64,000 nt of DNA from a virus. Its lineage: Duplodnaviria > Caudoviricetes. The stretch spans positions 1,559 to 65,558 of the IMG/VR virus record IMGVR_UViG_2909633642_000001. One strand, 5' to 3'. Each line of letters opens with the position of its first letter. Within the stretch, counting starts at the first letter, position 1. A model generated the notes under the pieces. It searched no databases. It saw only the letters and a list, made by a program, of their open reading frames with translations, and had not been told where the DNA came from. This document shows positions 19,526 through 29,685 of this stretch, piece by piece. The translations under genes and the position numbers were made by a program.

Positions 19526-22500
19526 CACTTCCCTCACGATCACGATTAATGCTGTCGATCAAGCTTCTGCCAAGATCGACAGCATTTTGTCTAGGTTGGA
19601 ACGTGCCCAGCGACAGACTGCCAAGGCGACGGATTTGGCGGGCAACGCGGCAAACAATGCAGGCAAGGGGGCAACCCGATTGCAGCGCGGGATGGGGCGA
19701 GCCGCTGACGCAATGGCGGGGTTTGATGCCGCTGCAAACCTGATCGGCAGGCCGGTGATCGGGGCGATTGGTGGGAGCCTTCAGGCGTTCCAAGAATTTG
19801 AAGACGCGATGGCCGCCGTTCGGAAGACGACGGGATTGAGCAGCAAAGAGACGGCGGTGTTGGGTGACGAGATCAAGGCGATGTCGCGCACCATCCCAAT
19901 CTCCCAAAAGGGGTTAGCCGACATCGCTGAATCAGCCGGGTCGCTGGGCATCGCTCGGGATGACATCGGTAAGTTCGTGGACACCACGGCCAAGATGTCA
20001 ACCGCGTTCGACATCGCACCCAAGGAAACCGCCACTCGACTGGGCAAGCTCTCGAACACGTTCGGGTTCATGAACCAACAGACCGGGCGACTTGATTTTG
20101 CCCGCGTCCAAAAATTTGGCGACATGATCAACTATCTGGGCAACACGTCGGCCGCGACCGAGGTGGAAATCCTGAACGCAACACAGCGGTTTTCAGGTAC
20201 GGCCAAGGCCATGCGGATCACCGAGAACGACGCGGCGGGCTTGACCACCACGATGATCAGCCTTGGGATGGCTCCTGAGTCGGCCGCCACTGGGCTTAAC
20301 TCAATGTTTGCCAGCCTGAACGGATTGAACCGGGCAACACCACGACAGGCGGCGGCCTTGGCGGATTTGGGATTGACCACCCAAGACGTGGCTAAAGCGA
20401 TGGAGGTTAGCCCGGTCAAGGCGTTCGAGTCGATCCTGAGCAAGGCGGGTGACGCGGGATTGAAAGGGCAAGCGGCATTGGTGGGATTGTTCGGGAAAAA
20501 CCACGCGCCGAAAGCTGCCCAGCTTGCCCAGAACATGGACGTGTTGGCGGCCACGATGGCGCGAGCCAACGATGTGACAGCGCAACAGGGCGGGATGCAA
20601 AAAGAATTTGCAGACCGAATCGACACGATGAAGGCGCGCGTGCAACTGGCCCAAAACGCCATGAACGAATTGGCGATCAACGTGGGTGGTGCGCTGGCCC
20701 CAGCGGTCACGTCAGTGTTGGCTCCGATCACGGCAGTGATTCAGGCGATGGCCAGTTTCGCTTCTGCCAATCCTGGCATCACGGCGATGATCGCAACCTT
20801 TGCGGCCTTAAGCGCGGGGATCTTGGTTGTGGTAGCAGCGGTGGGAGCCATTGGAGCCGCACTGGCTGGCATCTCAGTTGGCCCTGTCTTGGCAGTGGCG
20901 GCTGCAATCACGGCAATCGGAGCGGCGGCGATGGCGCTGAGACCCCAACTATCAGCGCTGTTCACAGGGTTCGGGCAAGGCTTCATGGCAGCGTTCGGGC
21001 CGGCACTCGACAACCTCAAGTCCGCATTCTCCCGATTGGGTGAGGCGTTGGCTCCTGCGTTCAACACGATCAAGGCAGCAATCCAATCGGCATTTGGGCC
21101 CGGTGCGCTCTCAGGGATCCAAAACTTTGGGCAGATGATCGGAGCGGCATTAGGCGCGGCGGCTGGGTTTGTGGCCAACTTCGTTGCCAACATCGTGAAC
21201 GCCATCGCAGCGGTCGTTGAGTTCGGGAACGCCATCGCGCAAGCATTCTCGGGGAACTTCGGTGGGCTGGCCAGTATCGGGTCGGGACTGATGAGTGCGA
21301 TCACCGGAGCACTGGCAGGGTTGCCGGGGCTGGTGATGAGCATGATCTCACCCATCCCAGGGTTATTCATGTCCGTGTTCTCGGGACTGGGTGGAATGAT
21401 CTCGGGAGCCTTGGCAGGGTTGCCGGGATTGGTGTCGAGCGCGTTCGCTGCCATCCCGTCCGTGATTGCCGGTGTGTTTGGCCCTATTCCGGGATTGCTC
21501 GCTGGATTGGTGGCATCGTTCGGGTCGGCATTCTCGGGGCTGGGCGGGATGATCACGGCCGGATTGCAGGGGGCGCTCTCGGGTATCGGCTCGTTTGTGC
21601 AGGGCATCCAATCGACGGTGATGAACGTCGTGAACGGCATCAAGTCAGCCTTTGCCAGCCTGTCGGGTGCGATGAATGTCGGTGGCGGCGGTGGCGGTGG
21701 GTTCCTAAGCGGGATGCTCTCGGGTGCTCAATCCATGATTCAGGGGCTAATTTCCAGTCTGTCGAGCATTGGCCCGATGCTGCAATCAGCCTTGACCGCT
21801 CCCCTAATGGCGATTGGCCCGGCGATCACGGGTATCGTGTCACAGGTGATGATGCTCGGGCCGCAACTGGCTGCATCATTCACGACGGCAATGGCGAGCA
21901 TTACGACCGGGATGGCGAGCATCGCCACCAACATCGGCACAATTTTCAGCGGCATCGCCACTTCGATCACGCCTGCCATCGCCCAAATTGGCATGGCTTT
22001 GACGATGGCGTTCACAACTGCATTCGCACAGGTGGGGGCGCAAGTGGCGGCATTCACCGCGCAACTCGGGGCCGCATTCACAGGCATCACGGCACAAGTG
22101 GCCATGTTGGGTTCATCCCTGACGATGGCATTTAGCACCGCGTTCATGGGTGTTCAGATGCAAGTGATGATGCTGTCGGCCACCATGACGATGGCGTTCG
22201 CATCGATCACGGCGCAAGCGACCGCGTTCGGTGCGTCCTTGTCGGCTTCGCTCACGTCCTCAATGGCAGCGGCTCAAGCGGCCATGGCGGCGGCAATCAC
22301 AGGAATCCAGGCGCAATTAGCCCAACTGCCGGCCATCGCGTCGGCAGCCGGTGCTCAGATCGCGGCGGCGTTTCAAGCCATGGCCGGTTCAATGCAGGCG
22401 GCCGGGATGGCGATGATGTCGAATCTAGCGGCGGGCATCACGGCGGGCATCGGTCAAGCGGTGGCGGCCGCATCAGCAGCAGCGGCGGCCGTCCGGGGTG

Positions 22501-22886
22501 CGTTCCCAGGCTCCTACGCAAAATATGGCCCGTTCTCCAAATCCCAGTTTGGGGGAGCCGGGCCGGGGCTGCTGGATGTGTTCACGACGGGACTGCAAAG
22601 GGCGGCGGTCGGATACCAGGGCACGATTGGCGGCGCACTCAATCCGATGGTGGGTGGGATGGGATTACAACCGGCTCCGATGCCGATCGGCCCAATGGCG
22701 ACGGGAGCCACCCAACCGGCAACCTCGCCATCGGCATCCAGCGTGTTTAACTTCTCACCGACCATCAATGTCGGATCGGATGGGGCCGCGGCCGCCGTGG
22801 GTGGCGTGTTGGCCGCGGAACGGGAGAAGTTCTTCGCGATGATTCAGGAATACGAGGCACGAAAGCAGCGATTGAGTTATGGCTAA
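19518..22886 (+). CDS. Tape measure protein (TP901-type N-terminal domain)
   Basis: 1122 aa Ala/Gly-rich; EFEDAMAAVRKTTG, IAE.AG.LGIA motifs. Confidence 0.95.
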   Translation: MASTSLTITINAVDQASAKIDSILSRLERAQRQTAKATDLAGNAANNAGKGATRLQRGMGRAADAMAGFDAAANLIGRPVIGAIGGSLQAFQEFEDAMAAVRKTTGLSSKETAVLGDEIKAMSRTIPISQKGLADIAESAGSLGIARDDIGKFVDTTAKMSTAFDIAPKETATRLGKLSNTFGFMNQQTGRLDFARVQKFGDMINYLGNTSAATEVEILNATQRFSGTAKAMRITENDAAGLTTTMISLGMAPESAATGLNSMFASLNGLNRATPRQAAALADLGLTTQDVAKAMEVSPVKAFESILSKAGDAGLKGQAALVGLFGKNHAPKAAQLAQNMDVLAATMARANDVTAQQGGMQKEFADRIDTMKARVQLAQNAMNELAINVGGALAPAVTSVLAPITAVIQAMASFASANPGITAMIATFAALSAGILVVVAAVGAIGAALAGISVGPVLAVAAAITAIGAAAMALRPQLSALFTGFGQGFMAAFGPALDNLKSAFSRLGEALAPAFNTIKAAIQSAFGPGALSGIQNFGQMIGAALGAAAGFVANFVANIVNAIAAVVEFGNAIAQAFSGNFGGLASIGSGLMSAITGALAGLPGLVMSMISPIPGLFMSVFSGLGGMISGALAGLPGLVSSAFAAIPSVIAGVFGPIPGLLAGLVASFGSAFSGLGGMITAGLQGALSGIGSFVQGIQSTVMNVVNGIKSAFASLSGAMNVGGGGGGGFLSGMLSGAQSMIQGLISSLSSIGPMLQSALTAPLMAIGPAITGIVSQVMMLGPQLAASFTTAMASITTGMASIATNIGTIFSGIATSITPAIAQIGMALTMAFTTAFAQVGAQVAAFTAQLGAAFTGITAQVAMLGSSLTMAFSTAFMGVQMQVMMLSATMTMAFASITAQATAFGASLSASLTSSMAAAQAAMAAAITGIQAQLAQLPAIASAAGAQIAAAFQAMAGSMQAAGMAMMSNLAAGITAGIGQAVAAASAAAAAVRGAFPGSYAKYGPFSKSQFGGAGPGLLDVFTTGLQRAAVGYQGTIGGALNPMVGGMGLQPAPMPIGPMATGATQPATSPSASSVFNFSPTINVGSDGAAAAVGGVLAAEREKFFAMIQEYEARKQRLSYG

Positions 22887-23239
22887 TCAACTTTCAGGGC
22901 CAGCATTTTATTGTCCACTCGATAATCGCCAGAGCCAGGGGCTAGCTCATACCGCACGGCCAACACCGTGCCACCGCCAATCGGATAGGCCCGGTTCAAG
23001 ACCTTGATCTCACCCGTTGGGCCCGGCTCGGTTGATCGTTGATCGCCACCGCCCTTCACTCCAATCCGAAACTCAGCATCATCCAAGCTGAGTCCGGGGG
23101 TGACGGACTGCCAAATCTGGATTTCAGGGGGCGGGCTGGCAACAGGAGCCGGATTGACCGGGCGGGAGCCGGATTGCCCGATTCCAGCCAATCCGGCTCC
23201 CGCAACAAAGGCAATGGTGCATCCGATCCAGGGGTTCAT
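22883..23239 (-). CDS. Exported/membrane-anchored small protein (moron-like)
   Basis: Signal-peptide-like N-terminus; fills the gap between tape measure and gpU on the opposite strand. Confidence 0.6.
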   Translation of the reverse strand: MNPWIGCTIAFVAGAGLAGIGQSGSRPVNPAPVASPPPEIQIWQSVTPGLSLDDAEFRIGVKGGGDQRSTEPGPTGEIKVLNRAYPIGGGTVLAVRYELAPGSGDYRVDNKMLALKVD

Positions 23240-23301
23240 GGCAGTAGCTCCGAAGTGCGGTACTCAATCCTTCGCAACATCTCCCCCAAACCCGCAAGCT
23301 C

Positions 23302-23793
23302 ATGAAAGATTCCGCATATTTGCTGATTGGCGATCTATCGTTCCCCGTCCGGTCGGGCATCTCAGGGATTCGGACGGCAGCGAAATGGACGTTCCCAACT
23401 CACGACCGGGTGGCTCGACAGCAGGCTATGCAGGCTTGCGGGTCTGAATTGGAGAGCCTTGACCTGACCATTGACCTCCACATTGACCAGGGGCAAATCG
23501 AACCCCGATTGACGGCGATCCGTGAAGCGGCCTCCCAACAGCAATCCCTTGACCTGGTGTACGGCCAAGGGATTTGGAACGGGAAATATGTGATCGAGTC
23601 GCTGAGTGTGGACGTGAAACAGACGATGGGCGATGGAACCCTTTGGGCGGTGTCGGTGGATTTATCCCTGAAGGGGTCAACCAATCCTGACCCGGCCCCA
23701 TCAGCATCTCTCTCGGAAGCGTTCAACTTTTCCCCGTTCCAGCAGTCCGCAACCGGGGCGATTGCGGCGGCATTGGCCAAGGCGTTGGGCTAA
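23302..23793 (+). CDS. Tail protein, P2 gpU-like
   Basis: W.FPTHDRV...AMQ..G.ELE...L.I...G...GKYVIES motifs. Confidence 0.85.
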   Translation: MKDSAYLLIGDLSFPVRSGISGIRTAAKWTFPTHDRVARQQAMQACGSELESLDLTIDLHIDQGQIEPRLTAIREAASQQQSLDLVYGQGIWNGKYVIESLSVDVKQTMGDGTLWAVSVDLSLKGSTNPDPAPSASLSEAFNFSPFQQSATGAIAAALAKALG

Positions 23794-23916
23794 AGCTCAA
23801 TCGGATGGATCTTCTGGAGTGATATCTCCATCGATCCGAGAAAGTTTCGCGCAAAGCCCCGCAACCTCACGAATCTCTTGCTGTAAACGACTAATAGCAT
23901 CAGGATTCGGCTTGGT

Positions 23917-24129
23917 CTAATTCTTGCCCACGAACGATGCGGTTGGCTCTGGCTCGTAAGTAGGGCGGCGCTCTTGCTTCTGACGGCGATTGGTGTCGGA
24001 TTCGATGTCATCAGCCAGGGATTGTGCATCTCGAAACATTTGCGACACGGAAGCACTTTGATACTTCGGACTGGCGATCATCGCTTCCAAGAGTCGGGTC
24101 AGGATTTCGGCGCGTTGCGATTCGTTCAT
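23917..24129 (-). CDS. Hypothetical protein
   Basis: ATG at 24129 overlaps the stop of the upstream gene (ATGA coupling). Confidence 0.55.
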   Translation of the reverse strand: MNESQRAEILTRLLEAMIASPKYQSASVSQMFRDAQSLADDIESDTNRRQKQERRPTYEPEPTASFVGKN

Positions 24130-24596
24130 GACTCGCTTCGCTCCATTCCCATTTTGCAAGCGGCGACTAGGGCCAGCGCTTTGCAAAGCTCCCAACGCCA
24201 TTCAATCGGCTGATGGTAGTCAACTGGACGGATTGAGCTGATTACTTCAACGGCCGACTCTCGGGAGCCGTTACATAAATCAATCAAGTCCGTCAGCTCT
24301 GGGATTTCGTCAATCCCGCGATCAACTTGGTCTACTAAATCTGCAATCAGGGCAGAGTGCTTGGCTTCAAGAGATTCCGCCAGCCCTTGATCGATCCACT
24401 GACGGATGAGTCCATTTCGCCGTTCCAGTCCGACTCGATTGGTCAGCGCGTCAATTTGCGCTCGGGTCTGTTCAGTTACTCGCAACTGGAACTGATGTTG
24501 ATAAACACCACGGGGCGGGCGACTCCCTTGATTTTTGAGGCGGGCGATTTCTTCGGGACGGGGCCGCGATTTGCGACCCGGCTTAGATTCGGACAT
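24126..24596 (-). CDS. Putative ribbon-helix-helix DNA-binding protein
   Basis: FQLRVTEQTRAQIDAL.....RNGLIRQWIDQGL pattern. Confidence 0.55.
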   Translation of the reverse strand: MSESKPGRKSRPRPEEIARLKNQGSRPPRGVYQHQFQLRVTEQTRAQIDALTNRVGLERRNGLIRQWIDQGLAESLEAKHSALIADLVDQVDRGIDEIPELTDLIDLCNGSRESAVEVISSIRPVDYHQPIEWRWELCKALALVAACKMGMERSES

Positions 24597-24641
24597 GGTT
24601 CGGTAGGTAGATAAACCGGCCCGTGGCGGGCCGGGATAGGG

Positions 24642-25472
24642 CTAGTAAAAACGATGGGGGATGTCCTTGAGTAGCTCCTTAATTTCGGAGTGCGTCAGCT
24701 CATAAGCGCAATGGACACTCGGGATGTCGGCCGGGTTTAGCGGGTCAAACAGCCAAGCGGTGTCGTCGCCAGGGCGATGGAACGATTCAGCAGACTCATC
24801 CCAAACACCGGTCACAACTGACCATTCGGTTTTTCCCTTGGCCGCAATTCGATAGCGCTCGCCATTTTCCAGTGTCTCGGGATTGAATGGCGCAAACGGA
24901 GCGGGTAGGGACTCGGGATTGGGTGAGGCTTCAGAGCTTCCACACCGCCCCGTGTTGGTGATCGAAACCGGAGCGATCACGGCTACGTTGCCAGCGTACC
25001 CACCGGCACGGGTAATTACGAGCGCTTCCCAAGGCTTGCGATTGGGACTCAGGATTCGCGCATCGGAGGGGGTGAGGCAGATCTCGACGGTTTGATCAAC
25101 CTCGAACATTCTCGCGGCTTCAAACAGCAGCCCCGCGTTGACATAAATCGAATGGGTGGCGGGGCGACTGGCCAACAGCACGATATCGTTGACCAGTCCG
25201 GGGGAGAAGCCGTCACCCTCTCGGTAGACAGCGCCAATCTCTTGCCCAGAATCACCTTCAATCGAGCTAACCCGCGAAAGGCTATGCGCATCGTCGCTCG
25301 CATTCATCCCAACGATGGGGGTGATCAGCGCAAGGCTGGGTTCATCAGGGTCGATTGCGACGGCCACAGCAGCACCGCCATACAGGGACTCTGCCGAAAG
25401 GTGAACGGGCAAATCGTTATCGGCAGCAACAGTGTCAAACGATCCATCGACAAATCCATAGTCATCAAACAT
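24642..25472 (-). CDS. Hypothetical acidic protein (weak resemblance to sliding-clamp fold)
   Basis: Long ORF with ATCGAG leader; fold resemblance is only impressionistic. Confidence 0.5.
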   Translation of the reverse strand: MFDDYGFVDGSFDTVAADNDLPVHLSAESLYGGAAVAVAIDPDEPSLALITPIVGMNASDDAHSLSRVSSIEGDSGQEIGAVYREGDGFSPGLVNDIVLLASRPATHSIYVNAGLLFEAARMFEVDQTVEICLTPSDARILSPNRKPWEALVITRAGGYAGNVAVIAPVSITNTGRCGSSEASPNPESLPAPFAPFNPETLENGERYRIAAKGKTEWSVVTGVWDESAESFHRPGDDTAWLFDPLNPADIPSVHCAYELTHSEIKELLKDIPHRFY

Positions 25473-25525
25473 GGGTGGCTCTCACTCGATAGGGTTAGGG
25501 TCTGGGATGTCCCGGGTGCAACCCC

Positions 25526-25838
25526 CGCCAAGGGGTGTAGATAAAACCTAACTCGTAACCATCGGAATGTCAAGGCTAGGCTTCAGAATCGACTTCGGAC
25601 TCACTGATTCTGATCGGGAAAATACAACGCGGCCTCCAAACTCGATACTCGCGATCCAAGACGGCATGGGTGATCGATGTGGGATCGGGCCCGGGAGCGA
25701 CCTTTTGGAGTACAGCGGCAACGCGCTTAAACTCTTCGGTCGTTGACGGCAAAAAACGGTAGGGATAGGGCATAAAATGTGCAGCTCTCGCCAAGGGGTA
25801 CAGGTAAAATCTAACTCGTAACCATCGGAATGTCAAGG
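25526..25838 (-). repeat. 50-bp direct repeat (25526-25575 / 25789-25838) containing the early promoter, flanking a small ORF (25576-25773)
   Basis: 46/50 identical on direct comparison. Confidence 0.9.
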
Positions 25839-26234
25839 TTAGGCAGCAATTAACTGACGGAAGGCGTGTAACTCAAAACCGGCACGGATCAAATGCTTGC
25901 AAATGGGTTGCATTGCCCCGCGCTCGGATTGAGTCACCCAATCAGCGCAATCACAGACCGCGCGACCGCGTTCGATTCGAGCGGCGTGGTGACGGTATTG
26001 ATTGCCGTCGCGGGTTTCGAGGTAGGCCACGCCCTTGTGCAGCCGGGTGAGCCGGACGTTCCGGGCCCCAGATTCACGAACAGCGCGGAAATCACGGGCG
26101 AAATCCCGCTTGCTCACGAACCGACCGCCACGCCCCTTGACCACAACCAACACGACATTGGCCCATTCCTCAACTCGGATGACTTGAACGGCGTTGATTT
26201 GCAGAATGCGAGCGGCGGCGGCTTTGGTGAACAT
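25839..26234 (-). CDS. SWIM zinc-finger protein
   Basis: CDC.DW........CKH motif; has its own promoter at 26277-26290. Confidence 0.8.
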   Translation of the reverse strand: MFTKAAAARILQINAVQVIRVEEWANVVLVVVKGRGGRFVSKRDFARDFRAVRESGARNVRLTRLHKGVAYLETRDGNQYRHHAARIERGRAVCDCADWVTQSERGAMQPICKHLIRAGFELHAFRQLIAA

Positions 26235-26318
26235 GGCGGGCTGTCTGAACTCGATGCATCTAATCTAGCTTGTAATCATCGGAATGTCAAGGGGGTGATT
26301 GAAATATTTTTGGGCATG

Positions 26319-26345
26319 AAAAAACCGACCGGGGGCGGTCGGTTT
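26319..26345 (-). terminator. Intrinsic terminator
   Basis: AAACCGACC/GGTCGGTTT stem followed by a T-run on the minus strand. Confidence 0.7.
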
Positions 26346-26353
26346 GGGAGCGG

Positions 26354-26476
26354 TCATCTCAGGGATTGACGCAACCGCTTCAGCATCTTCCGTTTCTGTT
26401 TGGCGCGGGCTGGATTGCCACGTCCTTTTCGGTTTCGCCCCCGGTTGCGGGGTGATTCGTGGGATTTGAGGTGCAT
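26354..26476 (-). CDS. 40-aa highly basic peptide (absent from the ORF track)
   Basis: MHLKSHESPRNRGRNRKGRGNPARAKQKRKMLKRLRQSLR; lies between two hairpins and has the cccATG start context seen at other genes here. Confidence 0.55.
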   Translation of the reverse strand: MHLKSHESPRNRGRNRKGRGNPARAKQKRKMLKRLRQSLR

Positions 26477-26555
26477 GGGTGGGGGCGGGCCGTTGCCGGG
26501 CCGATGAGGTTAGCTGGCTTCGATGAAGTTAATAAAGCTGAGGCGGATTGCGGTG

Positions 26556-27011
26556 TCAGCGTTGGGTAGTTTGTGGGACATCAGTCATTCCTAGGAAATC
26601 AACACGGGCCTCATCAACATTTTTAAATGCGCTCATGGGCTGCCAATAGATCTCGATGTCACGTCCGCCAATAAACAACTCAGTGCCCATGACGTTTTCC
26701 CATCTACCCTCCGTCCAAGCAGCCAGCCAAGCGTTCTTGATGCAACCCCCAACACAATCCCACTCAATAACCCAGCAGAAGCAGTATTCACCGGGCTTGA
26801 TGATCGAGAACGGCCGCCAGTCCATTTTGCTGGGAGCGGATTTTGCAGGCTTGGACTCACCCAGTTTCGCCAGCAGCATGTCAGTTAGTTCGATGGCGCG
26901 AGTGACGCACTCTTCGTTAGTCCAAAGCTTTCCGCCGTTTGCACACAAAACACCATCTTGGATCAGGACGGACGCGAGCAATTTAGTGGCGATGGCCATA
27001 CGGTCGTTCAT
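26556..27011 (-). CDS. Hypothetical phage protein
   Basis: ATCGAG leader; ATG at 27011. Confidence 0.6.
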   Translation of the reverse strand: MNDRMAIATKLLASVLIQDGVLCANGGKLWTNEECVTRAIELTDMLLAKLGESKPAKSAPSKMDWRPFSIIKPGEYCFCWVIEWDCVGGCIKNAWLAAWTEGRWENVMGTELFIGGRDIEIYWQPMSAFKNVDEARVDFLGMTDVPQTTQR

Positions 27012-27072
27012 CTTGGGTGACTCCAAACTCGATAGGGGTGGACGGGATGGCCCGTTGCCGGGCCGATGGGGG

Positions 27073-28044
27073 CTAGCTCAAGGCAGTGCAGACGGTGTTG
27101 GGGCAAAGACGGTTGCCGATTTTTTTCAGTCCGTAGTGTTCGAGTCGGACGCTAGGGGGCAAGTGCTTCAAGTCGAGCGGGACATCCCACGCCTTTTCGA
27201 GAACGTCGGTCGCAAAGAACCACCCTTTCTCGGGAACGCCAGAGAACACATCAACCAAGGCGTTGTTGTGGACTGCCATCAACCGAATGCAGCTTGCAAG
27301 CCAATGGTTCCCGTCACAAAAATCCTCAACGACCTCAGCTTTGACAGCGAGGTATCGGGGCATCTTCTCGGAAGGGAACGCAGCCGACCGCCCATCAAAC
27401 CCAAGCATTCGGCCATTCTCGAATCGCAGACCCAAGAATTGGAGAAGCAATCGCAGGACATGGTACTCATGACCCTTGGGCAGTGCCTCGCGACGGAAGA
27501 TTTCATCCGAGTACGGAATAGGCAGGCTCAAATGGTGCGCGTCGATGATGTCGTTGAGGATGGCCTTGCCATAGCCGTAGTCAAAGCAGCCCGCCATGCC
27601 GACCCGCTTCACGACCCACTCAAAGCGCTTGATCATCTCCTCGGGGGTGTCGAGTTGTTCCCACGGGCTGTTGCGATTGGATAGGAAGTTCCTGGGAGCG
27701 GCGAACGTATTGCCGCTTTGGTACTGGCCAGTTTTGCGGATGGATGGCAGGACTTCGGAGAACACCCAATGCTGGAATGCTTTAGCTTCTGGCTTGCGAC
27801 TGGTGAAGACCAGGGCGTACAGTCCGGGTTCGTTGACGATGTTGGTTTTCTGAGTGCGCCCGATGGGGTCGGTAATACCGAGGTCATCTTTCATCCAATC
27901 CTCAAGTCGAGCAATCGCGTCGTGCGGATTGGTGATGCCCAACACCGCACACACATCATTAGCCACGAACCATGGCTCATCAGGAGTGCCAACAACCCGA
28001 ACCTCTTGACCCTCAAACGCTTTAGCCAGCAGAATATTGGACAT
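27073..28044 (-). CDS. BRO-N family antirepressor-like protein
   Basis: FEGQEVRVV...EPWFVANDVC..LG...E.GLY.LVF.SRKPEAK.FQ.WV..EVLPSIRKTG.Y. Confidence 0.92.
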   Translation of the reverse strand: MSNILLAKAFEGQEVRVVGTPDEPWFVANDVCAVLGITNPHDAIARLEDWMKDDLGITDPIGRTQKTNIVNEPGLYALVFTSRKPEAKAFQHWVFSEVLPSIRKTGQYQSGNTFAAPRNFLSNRNSPWEQLDTPEEMIKRFEWVVKRVGMAGCFDYGYGKAILNDIIDAHHLSLPIPYSDEIFRREALPKGHEYHVLRLLLQFLGLRFENGRMLGFDGRSAAFPSEKMPRYLAVKAEVVEDFCDGNHWLASCIRLMAVHNNALVDVFSGVPEKGWFFATDVLEKAWDVPLDLKHLPPSVRLEHYGLKKIGNRLCPNTVCTALS

Positions 28045-28127
28045 GGTTTCAGCCCCTCCTATGGGCGATAACCGCGCCGCTTGGGAGTAGTCGCTCCTGA
28101 GCGGCTTTGTTCTTTCATGGTAACTGA

Positions 28128-28334
28128 TTAGCGCTTAGGTGTCAACGGAACCTCGCGATAAATTTTCAACTCACCCGATGCTAGTGCCGTAAAAAACTTA
28201 CCCCAAGCGGGCTTGCCGCCATAGACAAAACCCAGACCCATAACGATGCGGCCGGCTTGGGTGGCAGCATCTTGGCCGACTCGAAACGTAACATTGGTAT
28301 GACCTAGGGCGGGGCGCGGCATAACTCGACTCAC
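28128..28334 (-). CDS. Small putative DNA-binding protein
   Basis: 68-aa basic ORF; weak RHH-like pattern. Confidence 0.45.
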   Translation of the reverse strand: MSRVMPRPALGHTNVTFRVGQDAATQAGRIVMGLGFVYGGKPAWGKFFTALASGELKIYREVPLTPKR

Positions 28335-28504
28335 TCAGGATAAACACTATGCATTTACTCTATCACCCACCACGGCAGATGCCAACCACCCCATCGCCAC
28401 GGCCGCCAGCCGTTGCATGAGGTGGTTACAGGCATCGAATCGCCCAAAGGTAGATGGGGCAATACTTTCGGGGATCGCCAAAATCCTGTTACATGCAACA
28501 CGAC

Positions 28505-28964
28505 GAAATTGGCTCCCATCTCGGAAATTTCCAAAATTTTAGGCAGGTGTCGCTGAAAGCATTGCCCTGTACACATTCCAGCCCCTACCCTTCCATGGGG
28601 GCGTGGGCAGGTCTAAAAATTTTAGGCAGATGGGTAGGCATAAACGAACACCCGAGTCAGTACCCGTATAAATACGGGTATGGGATTAGACCGGCCGACC
28701 TGCTCAAAATTTTGGCATCTGCCCACGACTTGCGAAAACCGTAGAGTCTGAAAGCCTCACCCAGCAAGGGATAGAGACTCCATCTGCCTAAAATTCCAAA
28801 AAAATCCCTTTATACACATTTCCCTGTTTTAGTGGTTACAGATATATATAGGGGCACTGAAAGGTATGTGGGGTAAGGGTTTCAGAGCGTATCCAATGGC
28901 TGTTAATGGGTGGCGATGGGTGGCTATGAGAGCCTAGAATCCTTACGGGATGGTGGATACACCC
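28505..28964 (-). repeat. Repeat element copy A (inverted relative to B and C)
   Basis: 28781-28964 is the near-exact reverse complement of 29125-29305; 28505-28630 matches 29420-29545. Confidence 0.9.
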
Positions 28965-29027
28965 TTGTTTGCCCCTGAGAATTTGTCCTTGGGTGGCATG
29001 GTTGGGGGTGATGATGTCGGTAGTGCC

Positions 29028-29069
29028 GCATCACCCCACCCCATCCCCATGACCCGATACCGCACCTAC
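29028..29069 (+). pseudogene. 5' remnant of the gpX gene
   Basis: CCCCATGACCCGATACCGCACCTAC (25 nt) is identical to the gpX start region (minus strand, 50763-50787), and the upstream leader is near-identical. Confidence 0.8.
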
Positions 29070-29124
29070 CCCTATCGAGTGGGCTGGCCAAGGCTTGAGT
29101 AGAGCTGCTAGACCCACCCAATAG

Positions 29125-29685
29125 GGGTGTATCCACCATCCCGTAAGGATTCTAGGCTCTCATAGCCACCCATCGCCACCCATTAACAGCCATTGGATAC
29201 GCTCTGAAACCCTTACCCCACATACCTTTCAGTGCCCTTATATATATCTGTAACCACTAAAAGAAGGAAATGTGTATAAAGGGATTTTTTTGGAATTTTA
29301 GGCAGGTGTCTCTGTATTCCTTATTGGGTGGGCATTTCAGTCCCTACCCTTTCTAAGAATCTGGAATAGGGCTTGAAATTTTAGGCAGATAAGCAAAACC
29401 TTTCAGGATTATCAGGTTGTCTTATCTGCCTAAAATTTTGGCATCTGCCTATGACCCCATGGAAGGGTAGGGGCTGAAACGTATACAGAGCAATGCTTTC
29501 AGCGACACCTGCCTAAAATTTTGGAAATTTCGCTGATGAGCAAAATCGCCCTTTAAGTGGTTACAGGGTTTTGAACAGAACTCAAAAGGCTTGTGGGGTA
29601 AGGATTCCAGGGCGTATCCAATGGTTGTTAGCGGGTGTCAGTGGGTGGTTGCCAATCCCTGAAACCCTTACGGGATGGTGGATAC
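29125..29685 (+). repeat. Repeat element copy B, ~560 bp, perfect 20-bp TIR, AAATTTTAGGCAG iterons (candidate origin)
   Basis: GTATCCACCATCCCGTAAGG at 29129-29148 and its reverse complement at 29666-29685; AT-rich core; no ORF. Confidence 0.85.

Noticed and set aside
19482-22842. Long antisense ORFs over the tape measure (e.g. 20741-21643)
   Set aside because: Shadow frames of a GC-rich, Ala/Gly-biased gene with no independent motifs.
26656-27684. 342-aa plus-strand ORF
   Set aside because: Overlaps two better-supported minus-strand genes that have leaders and domain motifs.
28355-29139. Short ORFs within the palindrome region
   Set aside because: They fall in repeated non-coding elements with no coding signatures, apart from the gpX remnant.
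29125-29685. Classical MITE/IS insertion
   Set aside because: No target-site duplication flanks the TIRs, no transposase in the window, and the internal iteron symmetry fits an origin better. Not fully excluded without the host genome.
28505-29685. N15-type hairpin telomere site
   Set aside because: No protelomerase recognised; the palindrome is imperfect with a long spacer.
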